From positions 19,902,001 to 19,966,000 of the forward strand of contig CM022665.1 of the NCBI GenBank assembly GCA_012295275.1: DNA of 64,000 nucleotides, given 5' to 3'. The DNA is from Chrysomallon squamiferum (lineage: Eukaryota; Animalia; Mollusca). Position numbers and translations under genes: made by a program. Shown here piece by piece: positions 22,873 to 36,266 of this stretch (position 1 is its first letter; the number at the start of each line of letters is the position of its first letter). The notes below the pieces were generated by a model. The model saw only the letters and a list, made by a program, of their open reading frames with translations, had not been told where the DNA came from and did not search any database.

Positions 22873-24119
22873 GTTTAGTTTAATTACAAAAACATTAAAT
22901 ATTGCTTTTTTAAATGATGAATTTTAATATTTAAAAATTATACATTTTTTTTCTACAAACTGTTTTTAAAATCTAGAATATGCCTACGATTTTGCTAGCA
23001 CAATGTTGCCACCAGAATAAAAAAATTGCAAAATAATATGAAAGCAAACAAATAAACAATAAATAGAAAATAATTATAAATGTGTCGTCAAATTCTAAAT
23101 AAATATTGTTTCATATACAATGTTCAAAATTTATGCGTTTATTATTATTGTTTTTAATTTCAAAAATAAGAAAGATGAATAAATAAATAAATTAGAACTT
23201 AAATGTTTAAATTTTAATTTCAAAATAAATATTAAAACACAAATGAAGAAAAAATAAATGACACAATAGTTATAATAATAATAATAATAATGATGGTGAT
23301 AATAATACTGATGATGATGATAATTAAAATTACGACATATAGCAGTTTTGCTGTATTTGTTTAAACAAATTTGCAGAAAAACAATATAATCAATAGTTTC
23401 TTTTGAATTAAACGAAAATCTCATAAATATTTTTTAAAAGTTTCTCTTCATTTCTTTTCTCTTTTATTTGGGTTTTTTCTTCAAATACTTCTTTCTTTTA
23501 TTTTTTGTTCTTGTAGAAAATACAAAATTGTTTTAAAATATGAATTACAAATAATAGTTAGTATATATATATATATATGTCTGTGCGTGTGTGTGTGTAT
23601 CAGTGTATATTTGTATATATCCGCGTGTGCATGTAAGTAAGTAATCACTGCATAACAATGATTACAAATCGTTTAATGATTAGTCACATGATAAAGAACC
23701 AAACATTTTTTTTTTTTAATTTTTTTTTTATAGATGTACAAAGCGTGAGAACGTAATCTGTAGTGTGTCCATCCTCACACAAGAAGTCAGAAGGGACTAC
23801 GACTTCATCGCCGAGGTCGTTACATCACAGACGTCCAGTGTTTTGAGATGTCGTGCAAGGCGCCACGGTTGGCGTGTTGAGGCGACAGGGGTATAAAAAA
23901 GAAATGGAAGTAACAAAGTGAAAAACATAAATCAACAGTTTTATTGTAATCCTAATCTCTGATGAAATACGTGGATATTGTCTGTCTTAATGAACACTGC
24001 CGTCGTTGTCTTTGTTGACGTCGTGTACGACGTATGTTATGTATCGTCAGTAAATGTATTTCAGTATACACTGACATAGGTTTAATGACTGCAGCAAGGT
24101 GAAAACTAAGTAATTAACA

Positions 24120-24178
<59 letters not shown>

Positions 24179-24783
24179 TAGTAGTAGTAGAAGTAATAGT
24201 AGCAGCAGCACTAGTTTGAAAGAAAGAAAAGATAATAAATAAATTAAATTAAATAAGAAAAATATTTTGTAAGTTATTATAAAAAAGTATACATTTATAT
24301 TTGAAATATTTGCCTTCACAATAAATAGTAATAATTCAAACAGTTCCAGAGTTTGACCGATCTGTTATTTAACAAAAATAAAATAAATCTCGAACTATAA
24401 ACAGAGAAAAGTGAGTGAAGATATATCGACTGTTATTTTCTTAATACAACATAGATTTGATTTTTTCTTTCTGACTTCTGCTTGTGAATATTCTAAGTGT
24501 AGTGAGAGACCGATGGACGTGACGTAAAGCTCGTTTTGTTAACACGTCATCAAATTCTCTTCATTTAAATTCTGTCTCGTTAGATGAAAACAGAGAAAGC
24601 TGAAAATGAAATCACGCTATTTTTATTTTGTACTCGCTTTTCATTTGTGAGAATCACGATCTAATTAAGTTAATTTCCTGACAAATTTAAATAAATAAAT
24701 ATAACAATAATTTTAAAAACCAGTTAGAAATACGTCATTAGTTTTACCAACACCAACAATTTTATCTAATAAATAAATCTGAA

Positions 24784-24850
<67 letters not shown>

Positions 24851-24976
24851 AGCTTAAAAGTGTTCTAAGATGATAATAAATAATACTAAATAAAATAAAT
24901 ACATAAACTAAATCTGATTAAAATAAAGAAAATAAATTAATTTAAGTGTTCTGATATGATAATGATGTTGATGCTG

Positions 24977-25029
<53 letters not shown>

Positions 25030-25479
25030 TTAAATAAATAAGAAAAAATAGAATAGAACATATAACATAATTTTACATAAAGATAGTACTTAGAATAAGA
25101 TTTTCAGAAACAAACAGTTTCTTATTGTGTATAAGAATTAAAAGATGGCAAGCTGTATATTTCTGTACTTGCAAGTATGATTTTATTTATTTATTTTATT
25201 ATTTACTTGTTTGTTTGTTTGTTTGTTTATTCATTCATTCATTTTATTTTATTTATTTATTTAATTAATTAATTTATTTTTATTATCAGATACAAGAATG
25301 TTCTGTATCCAAAGCAACTCCTATCACTGAAGTAACACACTGAATTAAATCCTGAGTCTTTCGTTTTCAGTTACATCAAAAGTTGAAATTCAGACAGGAA
25401 AGTAGTGGCTGACAGCCATTCAGGACAGTTGATTTGAATTCAAAGCAAATATAAACAAAAATATAAACCATAATCTTAC

Positions 25480-26300
25480 CACTACTGCTACAACGACTAC
25501 GACTGCTCCTGTTGGTACTGTTACTACTTCTAATAATACGACTGCTCCTGTTACTACTATTAATACTACTATTATTACTTCTATTACTACCACTACTACT
25601 GCTACTACTACTACTACTATTACTACTACTACTATTAATATTGCTGTTGCTGCTGCTGCTACTGTTACTATTACTACCACTACGTCTGTTGATACTACTA
25701 TTGTTACCTCTACTACTACTACTACTACTGCTTTTACTACTGCTGTTGCTGTTTTTGCCGCTGCTACTACTATTACCACTACTACAAGAACGTCCACTAC
25801 TATACCTACTACTGCTACGACTACAACTGCTGCTGTTACTAGGATTATTAACACTAGTAATTTTGGTACTACAACTATTACTAAAAGTCTGTTTAAAATT
25901 ATACGAATTCAATCTAACATCTGTTTTGGAAATTTTTGAAAGAAGTTAACAAATACAATTATTTAAATATAATCAGAACAAAGCAAAACACAAATAAGTT
26001 ATATATGTAATAGTTGTTGTAGTAGTATTCGTCTAGTAGTACTGGTAGGAGTAGTGGTAATGGTAGTAGCAGCAGTGGTAATGGTAGCAGCAGTAGTAGT
26101 AGTAGCAATTATATAATAGTATTAGTAACAGTAGCAGTAATTGTTGTAATAATAATAGCAGTGGTACCGGACGTTGTGGTACTAATAGTGGTAATAGCAG
26201 AAGTAAAAGTAGTAGCAGTAATAATAATAGTAGTAGTAATAGTAGTAGTGATATCAGTACAAGTAGTATTAGAACAGCAGCAGTAACAACAACAACATCA
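25480..26300. repeat. Degenerate (TAC)n tract followed by a (GTA)n tract
   Basis: Trinucleotide low complexity; source of the poly-L/V/S ORFs. Confidence 0.9.
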
Positions 26301-26639
26301 ACATATATCGAACACACGTAGTTTAAAGAAATGGTTACTTTGATTGAATGTGAGTGTTATCTGTTTTGATATAGAATTAGTTTCTTTACTTTTCTAACAT
26401 CAAAGCGTGCACACCCTCACACCCGCGCAGAACACAATCGTGGAATGTGACAGTAGTGAACAGGCGCGGATTTTAATCTTGACAAAGAGATGAAAAGTAG
26501 AAACCTTCTTCTTTCAAGATAAACAGACTTTGTTCAATTTTTAACCAAACATATTTTATTTTATTTTATTATTATTATTAATTTTTTTTTTTTTTTTGAA
26601 TTCGAGTAAGAACATCCCATATTCCCTTCTTATACTTGA

Positions 26640-26890
26640 GTTGCTTTAACTGTGTGTAATACAGCTGTGTATTGTTTAATAGTATTTAACATTGTTTGTA
26701 CTTGTTTTAACTGTGCATTGTTTAATAGTATTTAACATTGTACTTGATTTAACTGTGTATTTTTTAATAGTATTTGACATTGTTTGTACTTGTTTTAACT
26801 GTGAATTATTTAATAGCATTTAACATTGTTTGTATTTGTTTTAACTGTGTGTAGTACCTCTGTGTATTGTTTAAGGTATTTTACTGTATT
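26640..26890. repeat. ~45-bp minisatellite
   Basis: ttgttttaactgtgtattgtttaatagtatttaacattgtttgtac copies. Confidence 0.8.
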
Positions 26891-27068
26891 TGAGAAACAC
26901 CACATGGAAGGAATCAACCGGTGTCTTTCCACTTGATCTGAAAAAACATTTGTGGGCATTAAAATATTATAAAATTAAGTGGGAATTACGTAATAAGCTA
27001 TTAGATTATGTGGGTAACTGGGATCTTGTAGAGGATTGTAAGAACGTATTGCATAATGAACTACATTG

Positions 27069-27573
27069 TTAACTGCATGTGGACTCTGCGTCCAGCCACA
27101 CCTTAAGCTGGTCCAGTGCACTGACTGCAGATCCACAGAACAACGCATCTTCTTTTTGGTGGAGGGTCAGGCCAATGTGCTGAATCTTCCTTCACACAAC
27201 TTGGGCGTAATGGAAAAGTCATCCACATACCATGATCCCCTCGAACTCTCCCCTTCTTTCTGCTTCAGTCCTCAACAGCTGAAAGGTTGATGCACGTGTA
27301 GCTGGAGTCTTGTTTGACTTTCGTAGGAAGAGTTGATCAGTAGAAATCGTTTTGGGGATGATCCGCAGAAGATGCCCTCAGCATAAATGTCAGCACTGCA
27401 TAGATATTCCAGGATTTCATGGACACTACTCTTGATGGTAGGGGAATAAAGGAATTCGTCGATATCTCCACGACAAAAAAAAGATTGTTTGCAATAATTG
27501 ATCCTCCCTGGGTAAGTGTGCACGCATCCTCAAACATAACTTGGGATCAGCAACACGGTCTGTGACCATTAAC
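27069..27573 (-). pseudogene. Decayed Mutator-like (MULE) transposase fragment
   Basis: Across frameshifts: ILEYLCSADIYAEGIFC..P.RF (DGTF region), NKTPATRASTFQLLRTEAERRG, VCG*LFHYAQVV*RKIQHIGL (matches GCxFHxxQxxWRKIQxxGL), LKVWLDA; recognised from motif recall. Confidence 0.75.
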
Positions 27574-27898
27574 CTGAGCAAAAACCTTATTCTCTCTTTT
27601 AGATGAAATGGGAATATTTTAGATATGTAAGCAATGAATCACACATTACTAAACATCACAAATTATTAATGAAATAAAACCAATAATGATTATATTTATA
27701 CGATAGCTATACGGATGCTACTGGAAAAACCTAGGATTGGTTATAAAAAAAATAATACATAAAACAAATAAAAGAAAATAAAAGAAAATAAATGAAAACA
27801 TAAGAAAAAGAAAAGAAAAGAAAAGAAAAGAAAAAATTATAAACAAGAATAGAAAAAAAAAAAAAAAAAAAATAAGAAGAAAAAAATCCCAAGACAAA

Positions 27899-27973
<75 letters not shown>

Positions 27974-28790
27974 AAGTAATAAAATAAAATTAAAATAAAT
28001 ATACAAAACAAAAATCTCCGTCTCCGCCCACCCTCCTCCAGAAAAAAAAAAAAAAAAAAAAAAAAATAAGAAGAAGAAAATAATAATAAACAAATAAATA
28101 GTAAGCTCATTGCTTTCATCAGCTTATTTATTGAATATCTATATCTGTGTCTATATGTAACTGTCTGTATATATATATATATATATATCAAATTTTAAGT
28201 ATCAAATATTTTCCTGCTGCATATAACATACCGTGGAAGAAATGACATCATCAGTAACAACTACAACACAGCCACTTAGCTTCTACTACAACGACAGCTA
28301 GAAACTAGATATTTCTATATCTTTTATTTGTTTTATATAACCTGGCAGAAATGACAAAATATTACAAATACTTGACATCTATCCAGCTTTAGAAGTGTGT
28401 TAATTTCCTTATATTAAATAGTTTCGTTCTTCATTTTCCCATTTATTTATTTATTTATTTATTTATTTATCTATTTATTGTTATTAACCAGTACACCAGA
28501 AACCAAAATATTCAGAAAACCGGGTCATCTTCGGTCCTAACCTTGCCAGATTAATTATCAAAACTTTTCCTCAATAAAATTGACTGTTATTTTACAGTGT
28601 CAGTACATATTTTAACTTTAACAGTAAAAGTAACAGTAGTAATTCATTTAGCTGTTTTACATCAAACTTCTGTTTTTATGCACGTTGTGACAGTCGATGT
28701 GATAACGTCATACATGTTAATTTAGAGACGTGCACGTCGATAAACCCACCCACTCCCCGTTCTTCAGAGGTTAACAGTATAAATATAAAC

Positions 28791-29075
28791 TAGGTGCGGA
28801 TTCAGAATATCAGAAACAAAGTAGGTGTATAATCACAGTAACGTTTGAGATTTAAAAAAAGAAAAAAAGAAAAAGAAGAATTTTAAATATTAAAAATATC
28901 AGTGTATGTGTGAACTTATATGTATGTATGTGTGTTTATGTACACAGCCATATACATATATACTTTTTAAAATATTTTTATTTTTTATATACTGTTTTCA
29001 TCTTAAAAGTTGCTTGCTGTAACCACGTTACTCGTATTATATTCCCACTTTCCTGGCATTTTGGATCCGCCCCTA
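28791..29075. mobile_element. Degenerate hAT-like MITE
   Basis: taggtgcggattca ... tggatccgccccta (12/14 inverted match); no clear TSD. Confidence 0.4.
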
Positions 29076-29193
29076 GTTATGGCTACTAAACAAAGTCCAT
29101 TGTGGCCAGTTTCAGATATTGTTTGTTCAAAGCATTGCACCAAACTCGCGGTTTTGACAAACACATTTCACCTCCAAATCAATATGTATTCAC

Positions 29194-29206
29194 AGGTCAG
29201 AGGTCA
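29194..29206 (+). promoter_or_regulatory. Perfect DR1 nuclear-receptor element
   Basis: AGGTCAgAGGTCA; CAAAGTCCA at 29091-29099 nearby. Confidence 0.5.
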
Positions 29207-29672
29207 CAGAGAACCGACCTGACACGGCGGAGGAATACATCCGTGCTTCCCCGTGCCTGTTGGCGGGTTTGTGATACGTCAGTGACAAACAGACCGAGAA
29301 TAATCCCTAATTTGTAAACAGTTCACATCAAAATAAAATTTTGAACACTTTTCTAAAGATTTCACTTTCTTTCATTTTGATGCGTTTAGAAAAAAAACAC
29401 ACAAAAAACCCCAGCTAGGACTAAATAAATAAATACGTAAGTAAATAAATGAATATATAAGTGAATAAATACATAAATATGTAAATAAATAAACAAATGA
29501 ATAAACAAACAAAGAGAAAAAATAATAAATAAAAATAGAAATAAAAAAGAAAGAATAAGAAAAATACCAACAGCCAGAACGAACCATAATTAAATAATAA
29601 CATTAAAACAACAACAACAAACTCGCAAACAAACATTAAGTAAATAAATAAATAAATAAAATTATAATATCA

Positions 29673-29726
<54 letters not shown>

Positions 29727-30755
29727 TTTATGCAAACCAAAAACCAAAACAACGGCAGTAAGAGCGACAATAACAACAACAATAAACAGCAACAATAACA
29801 ACAATAAACAGCAACAATAATAACAATAAGAACAAATAAATACAAATAAAAATAATATAGATAAAGTAATCGAAAAATAGAAGAAGAACGTCAGAAAGAA
29901 AAAAAAAAAAAATAATATATATATATAACAAAGCAAACAGTAAAAAAGGTATTTGATATTAAGAGATATCTTACTAGTTGATTTACCACAAATTGATTGT
30001 TCTGTTTAAATTCTGTTACTAATAAAAAAATGTGTCTGGAAATCTCGTTTGGTTAGCTCTGCATGAAATTTCGCTGTGAAAAAACCCGGAAATACGTCAT
30101 ATTTTTGTCAAAAATGACGCCATCAATATAAAACTACAGTAAGAAACATTTTCGTTATAGAATTCAAAACAAAATTAATAATAATAATTCGTAATTTTAA
30201 TAACCAGCTATTTTCTAAATTTATTTATTTATTTGTTTATTTTACATGTATTAATTTTTATAGCTATATATCACTTTTGGAAATTTTTCATATTTGATTA
30301 AAATATCATAGTTCGATGTTGTAGTAGTTGCTGAAATTTGCTTTGGGTACATGGCAATCAGACGCAGGTAGGTGGGTTGAATATCCGTTATAATATTAGT
30401 CTGTTGAAGACAACAGCGCTGCCGAGACGACGTCAGACAACACTAACACTTTGGCCATGGCCGTCACGTGCTGCCGTGAGCCGTCAGTGCGCATGTGCGA
30501 AATGTTACGCCGACGTTCAACAAGGAATCTGAGAGTGGACTGGCAGCGATCACAAACAGACACGTCATTGCTACTGCGTCGTCTACGGTAACTCTTAGTA
30601 CGGAAATGAGTCAGCGACGTCAACCGCACCTTCTTATAATAACAGACTCTTTGATGTGCATCACTATTTTATGTAGTTGTTACTCAGCAATTCCGTGCAT
30701 TTCAATACTTTTATTATGAAGAAAAATCAAAAGCAACAAGGAAACAGCTACCCAG

Positions 30756-30788
<33 letters not shown>

Positions 30789-31490
30789 AGTATGTAAATA
30801 AAATAAAATAAAATAAAATTAAATTAAATTAAACAAAATAAAAAAAAAATTATCTAAAAAACCTCCAACGAAACCGGCCAATAATGATAATAATAAAAAT
30901 CCACATAAAAAAAAAAAAAAAAACAACAACAAACAAACAAACAAACAAAAACAACAAACAAACAAACAAACAAACAAACAAATAAATAAATAAATAAATA
31001 AATAAAAGTTGTTGAAATTTAAAATTCACACTTTATTTATAACTAAAAAGTACTGGATTTCGTCTTCAAATTTTTTTTATATATAAATAGGTGCAGTTTC
31101 TATTTAAATTATATATCCCCTTTCATTAGTAAACATAAAAAATTTACAACTTTTTAAATCAGCAATAACTTAAAATTCTTATTTTAATCCCTCATATATA
31201 CCTGATCTTTGTGTTTTGAAGTTAATACTGGATATAGAAACAAGCATTTCATAATAACATTGTCAGATAACTCTATGTACAAATGTCTGTATGACCAGTG
31301 ACAACATTAATGAAATCATTTAATTTAACTAATCTTTTTAGAAAATACTGAATAATTATTGTTTTACAATACCATGTTGTGCTATGCCATACCATACCAG
31401 AAGATAATTAATACATACATAATACCAAGTCCAGCCAGACCATGCCATGTCAAACCAAACAGCTTGTTACATCTCCAAATTATCATAAAA

Positions 31491-31533
<43 letters not shown>

Positions 31534-31649
31534 CGAAAGAAAGAAAGAAAAAGGACAAAACAAAACGAAACAACAAGAAAACAAAAGAACCTCACAGCCC
31601 CCCCCCCAAAGACAACAAAAGAAAACAAAACAACTAGATTGAATACTGA

Positions 31650-32270
31650 AATTTTTTCCTTTGCATACTATTTATTATAGAAAATGTTTATTTATTATAT
31701 AAATGCATTATAAAGGATATTTTTTTCACCTTTAAAGTTCATATATATATATATTACAAAGAATATTCTATTGCTATATAAATATATATTACAGAAAATG
31801 TATTTTAATTAAACAAATATTTTTATGAACAATATAATTTCATTTTATTAATATATATTATAAATCTTCTTTTAATTACGATTTATTATTATAGAGAACA
31901 TTTTCACTGGAAAAGGAATAGTATAGAGAATATCATTTTGCTGTATAAATTAATGGGAGAGAACGTCATCCGGTTTTATCAGAGGAATTATTTTCTTCAT
32001 ATAACTTTATTATAGAGAACATCATGCTGTTAGATAAAATTGTAATAGTAGATATCTTTTCACTAAATAACTTTATTACAGAGAATATCTTTTCACTAAA
32101 TAAAATTTATTATAGAGAAAAAAATTATTGTACAAATTTGTTATACAAAATATATTTTCACTCTCTAAATATATCTTAGAGAATATTATTTCAGTATCAG
32201 AATTGTTTTTTTCACTTTCAAAATTTATCTTAGAGAAGATCTTTTCATTAAATAAAATTAAAGAAAATAT
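31650..32270. repeat. ~35-bp degenerate minisatellite
   Basis: tattatagagaatatcttttcact-like units. Confidence 0.7.
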
Positions 32271-32447
32271 TATTTTATGAGTATGGTGAATATAAACAGT
32301 ATTATTATTTATATAATAATGTATTTCCAGGGCTTTTCAAACAAAACGGTATGAGAAAATCAACTTGTGTTTCGTGCTTTAAATATAGAAAAGATAGATA
32401 GACAGACAGACAGACAGTTTAGATAGAATTTTTATATATATATATAT

Positions 32448-32509
<62 letters not shown>

Positions 32510-33519
32510 GTAGGTATAAAAGAATGAACAGAAAGATAATGTTTCTTGGTCTGTGTGACAGACAGTCAGACACACTGAGGATTGAATTAATAAATATTAT
32601 TTATAGAGAGACAAAGTGATCAGATGGATGGAATGATGAAAATACTGAAACTGTTTCCTGGTTTCAGCTGTGTTGTAAACAACGACGTTGACGTCTCTGT
32701 GAGAAGAAGAGTGTTGAATAAAATTTAACTTACAAACATGACCGATATCTCGGAGCAGAGAGAGAGACATGAGTTCGTATTTGTACAGAGAATAGCGACC
32801 ATTTGTCCAAATATCTGCGCCAACAGAGCAGGCGAAATTTATGAATTTATAGTCAGTCTGCGAAATTTTGTTCTGGTCCCCCTGCCCACCTGGCTCAGTG
32901 GGGAGGATGGGCGACGAGCGAAGGTATTTTACACTAATGAGACGATGAACGGACATTTACTCACCTGCATTACTCAAATAGGAAGACGTTATCCACACAA
33001 ATTTGTAAACAAACTTTAGATGTATTTGTCGAGAGCCCGAGTTTTCGATCTGAACTTCCAGTAAACACTGGAACTGAGAGCTACATTTTACTGTTGTCGT
33101 TGATGATGATTTGATAGAAGCAGACGACAGTCACCTGCCGAGTGTGACGGAGGCTGCGTGGTTGAGATTAAAGAGCAGTTTTGTGTTTGAAGACCTCGCA
33201 TAATAGTTTCATCACGTTTTAACATCGACTAGTTCTCTGCTTGTGTCATACAGAGATGTAGTAAGTTGCGTGTTAAACTCTGTGATATTACACCAGTGTA
33301 TGTACTGATATTAAACACTGCGTGTTTTGATAGTACACACTGTGTATATTAATATTACACACTATATGGTATGATACTACACACTACGTCAGGCAAGACT
33401 ACACTTTATGCAATACAACACTGAATGACCATCATGTTTAAACAGTTCTAGCACTGACCATCATCTTCTCTCTGGTTTCTGACATCACCTCCCGCTGGAT
33501 TGGCTTCCATCAAACTTTC

Positions 33520-33699
33520 ACTTTCTTCTTGACAGTAGGATGAACCAAGGCGCCCGTTCAGGCCGCTAGGCGGCGCTTTTCTTGAACAACTTGTGGTTGA
33601 ATAACGTGCAAGACTTAGACGTTGGACGTATGTGGAGAAAACTGAATAGCGCTGTAGTGTGAGACACGCGGTGGTTTTAATGGATCTCCCAGAAATCAG
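33520..33699 (+). other. Candidate first exon (ATG at 33680, MDLPEI) of an unidentified transcript
   Basis: CpG-rich island, reverse CCAAT near 33499, strong donor CAG|GTAAGC; the start coordinate is a guess. Confidence 0.35.
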
Positions 33700-34170
33700 G
33701 TAAGCGTTTTTTTTTTTCCTTGTTGTGAGTAGTGAGTAAGGAACGTGCTCGCTGTACGTGGTACCCGCCAGTCTTCGAGATTTAGACTGTTACGTGGGAT
33801 CCGTGCAGTCTGTCAATACGCAAATTGTTTCTACACATTCACCCAACACCGTCTCGCCGATACGAACGTGCATACTTGTGTCCGTACGTGCATACTTGCG
33901 TCCGTACGTGCGTCAAGCGCTTTGTTCACTAAACGGGATTTTCAAATAGCAGTAAGAAGAAGCAGGAATCACGACACGCTGGTATAACGTGAGGACGACG
34001 TCAGCATCTTCATAAATCACGCTGCGCCGTCATTCACAACAGCGTATTTTACGGAATAATTCATTAGTGAGTTTACTTAACAAATTCTGTTAAACTGTTT
34101 TAGTTGTCCTTAAATTTATATCAGTTTGACTTCTGTAATTGAAACAACAACAACAACAGTTTCAGTTATA

Positions 34171-34230
<60 letters not shown>

Positions 34231-34368
34231 TTTTTAAAATTATTTATTCGTCCACCTTTTTATTTGTTTTTCTTTAATTTTTCCTGTCTTTCTTTCGTTC
34301 TTTTTATTTTTTAATATTTTTTTATCTATTAGATGTTTACAGAGTATTCCTAATGTTAAACAGCGACG

Positions 34369-34431
<63 letters not shown>

Positions 34432-36188
34432 TAACAACAACACCAACACCATTCTTTCTTCCTTTCTTCCTTTACTTCTTTATTTATTTATTTATCTGTT
34501 AGAGGTTTAAGAAGTATTCTTAGTGGTAAACAGTGACGTGGTGAGACAAGCGGATTAGTAACAGTGACACGCGGAGATAGCGCTGTGTTGTGTTTTTTAA
34601 TTAACATTTTTATTTTTGTTTAAAACTTTTTCTTTAAAACTCACACATACATCTGAAGAAGTCATTAAACAATTTTTTTTTTTTAATTTTTGTATTATTA
34701 AGTTTTATATTTATTTTACAAGTCTTCTTTGACAAAGTGATTGTGATTTCATATTTTATAACTTAAAAGTTGTAAATTATTACTTTTTGGTTGTTGTTGT
34801 TTACATTGGTTTCTGTCTTATGGAACTCAAACACACATTTAGAAATAATTCAATAATAATTTCAGTTGTGGAATTTGTTATTTCTATGCGTTTTTATATT
34901 TATAAAGTTATAGCGTTTATTAAATGACTTAAAATAAAATAAAATACAATAAAATAAATAATAAATTAATAATAGTTATATTATAATATATATAATAGTT
35001 ATTATTATTATCATTATTATGAATGCTGAAAATTCGTTATTTAATATTTATTTTGTTAAAATATGAAATTATTTAATGAATAATATAATTTATTATTTTA
35101 GTACTTTATCATTAAAACGTGAAAAAAAATCATTTGTTTGTATTTATGTTTTTCATTAGTTTCTTCGTTCTTGTAAATAATTATTTTGCTATATAAAAAA
35201 TATTTAGTAAATTTTATTAATTGTATCTGTTTATTTGTATTTAACTTAAAATTGTTTTTTATTAAAACTGTTTCGTTTTTCTTTTATTAAAATAATCTCA
35301 ACTTTAATTTTTTAATTTTTTATTTGCTTTTTAATCATAAATTAATTATTGTGAAATTAATAGTTTAAATTTTTTTTTATTTTACTTAAAAGTTTACAGT
35401 AAAATTTTGATTTGAGCTGTTTAAATATATATTTTTTATTATTATTATTATTTATTTAATGTTTCACTTTGGAAGTCTGGATAAAACAACAAACCAAGAT
35501 TTAAAAAAATGATTACTTGCTAGGTTTTTAAACACTTTAGAATCTGTTCAAGTCAAATAAAAAAATATCTCTCTAGAAAGTTATGAAAATTATTGTTTAA
35601 AGTGATTTTTGTATTTGTTCTGGCGTTATTATTGTTCCTTCGTTTTTAAAATTACATTTAAAACTAAAAATACAGAGGTTTAAAATGATTTCAGATTCAT
35701 CTCGTTTCCGTTTATTAGTTTAGAAAACAATAATAATAAAGATGTTTAATAAATAATTTTTGAAAAGGTATTTTTTTATCATAAATTTTAGTACAATTAT
35801 TATATAACAAAATAAAAAAAATTATATAACTATATATATATTTATTATAAAATTTGAAATATTTGTTTATGATAAAATATAAAACATTTTTTTTAGAGAA
35901 ACAATTCAGAGATATAAGATAAAAGTTAAGAACAAAGTTTATAAGAGAAGAGTTGACAGTTGACAGTTTTTACCACAGATGTTTTCATTTCACTTCTTCT
36001 CGTTCAGCTGGGTGTGGCTGGTGGGTGTGTATGACGTTTTGTGTGACACCTTACACCCAGCGCACAATTAACCAATTTACTTCACAAAGACTCAACCAGA
36101 TCACGTTTAATTCACCAGTTTATTTTCAGTAGTTTTACATTTCAATTTACTTTACAATGAATTAAACCTATTAGTTAAACTAATAATA

Positions 36189-36220
<32 letters not shown>

Positions 36221-36231
36221 GAATAATAATA

Positions 36232-36266
<35 letters not shown>

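Noticed and set aside
27337-27537. Signal-peptide-like MKSWNIYAVLTFMLRASSA with downstream TGA codons (secreted peptide or selenoprotein?)
   Set aside because: It is an alternative frame of the decayed MULE transposase; the TGAs at conserved Cys/Trp positions are better explained by mutation, and no SECIS is seen.
32597-33019. Overlapping 119-aa (-) and 93-aa (+) ORFs; similar ORFs at 30338-30719, 37826-38087, 48182-48472 and 57327-57739
   Set aside because: Short ORFs on both strands of GC-richer islands are expected by chance; no domain recognised.
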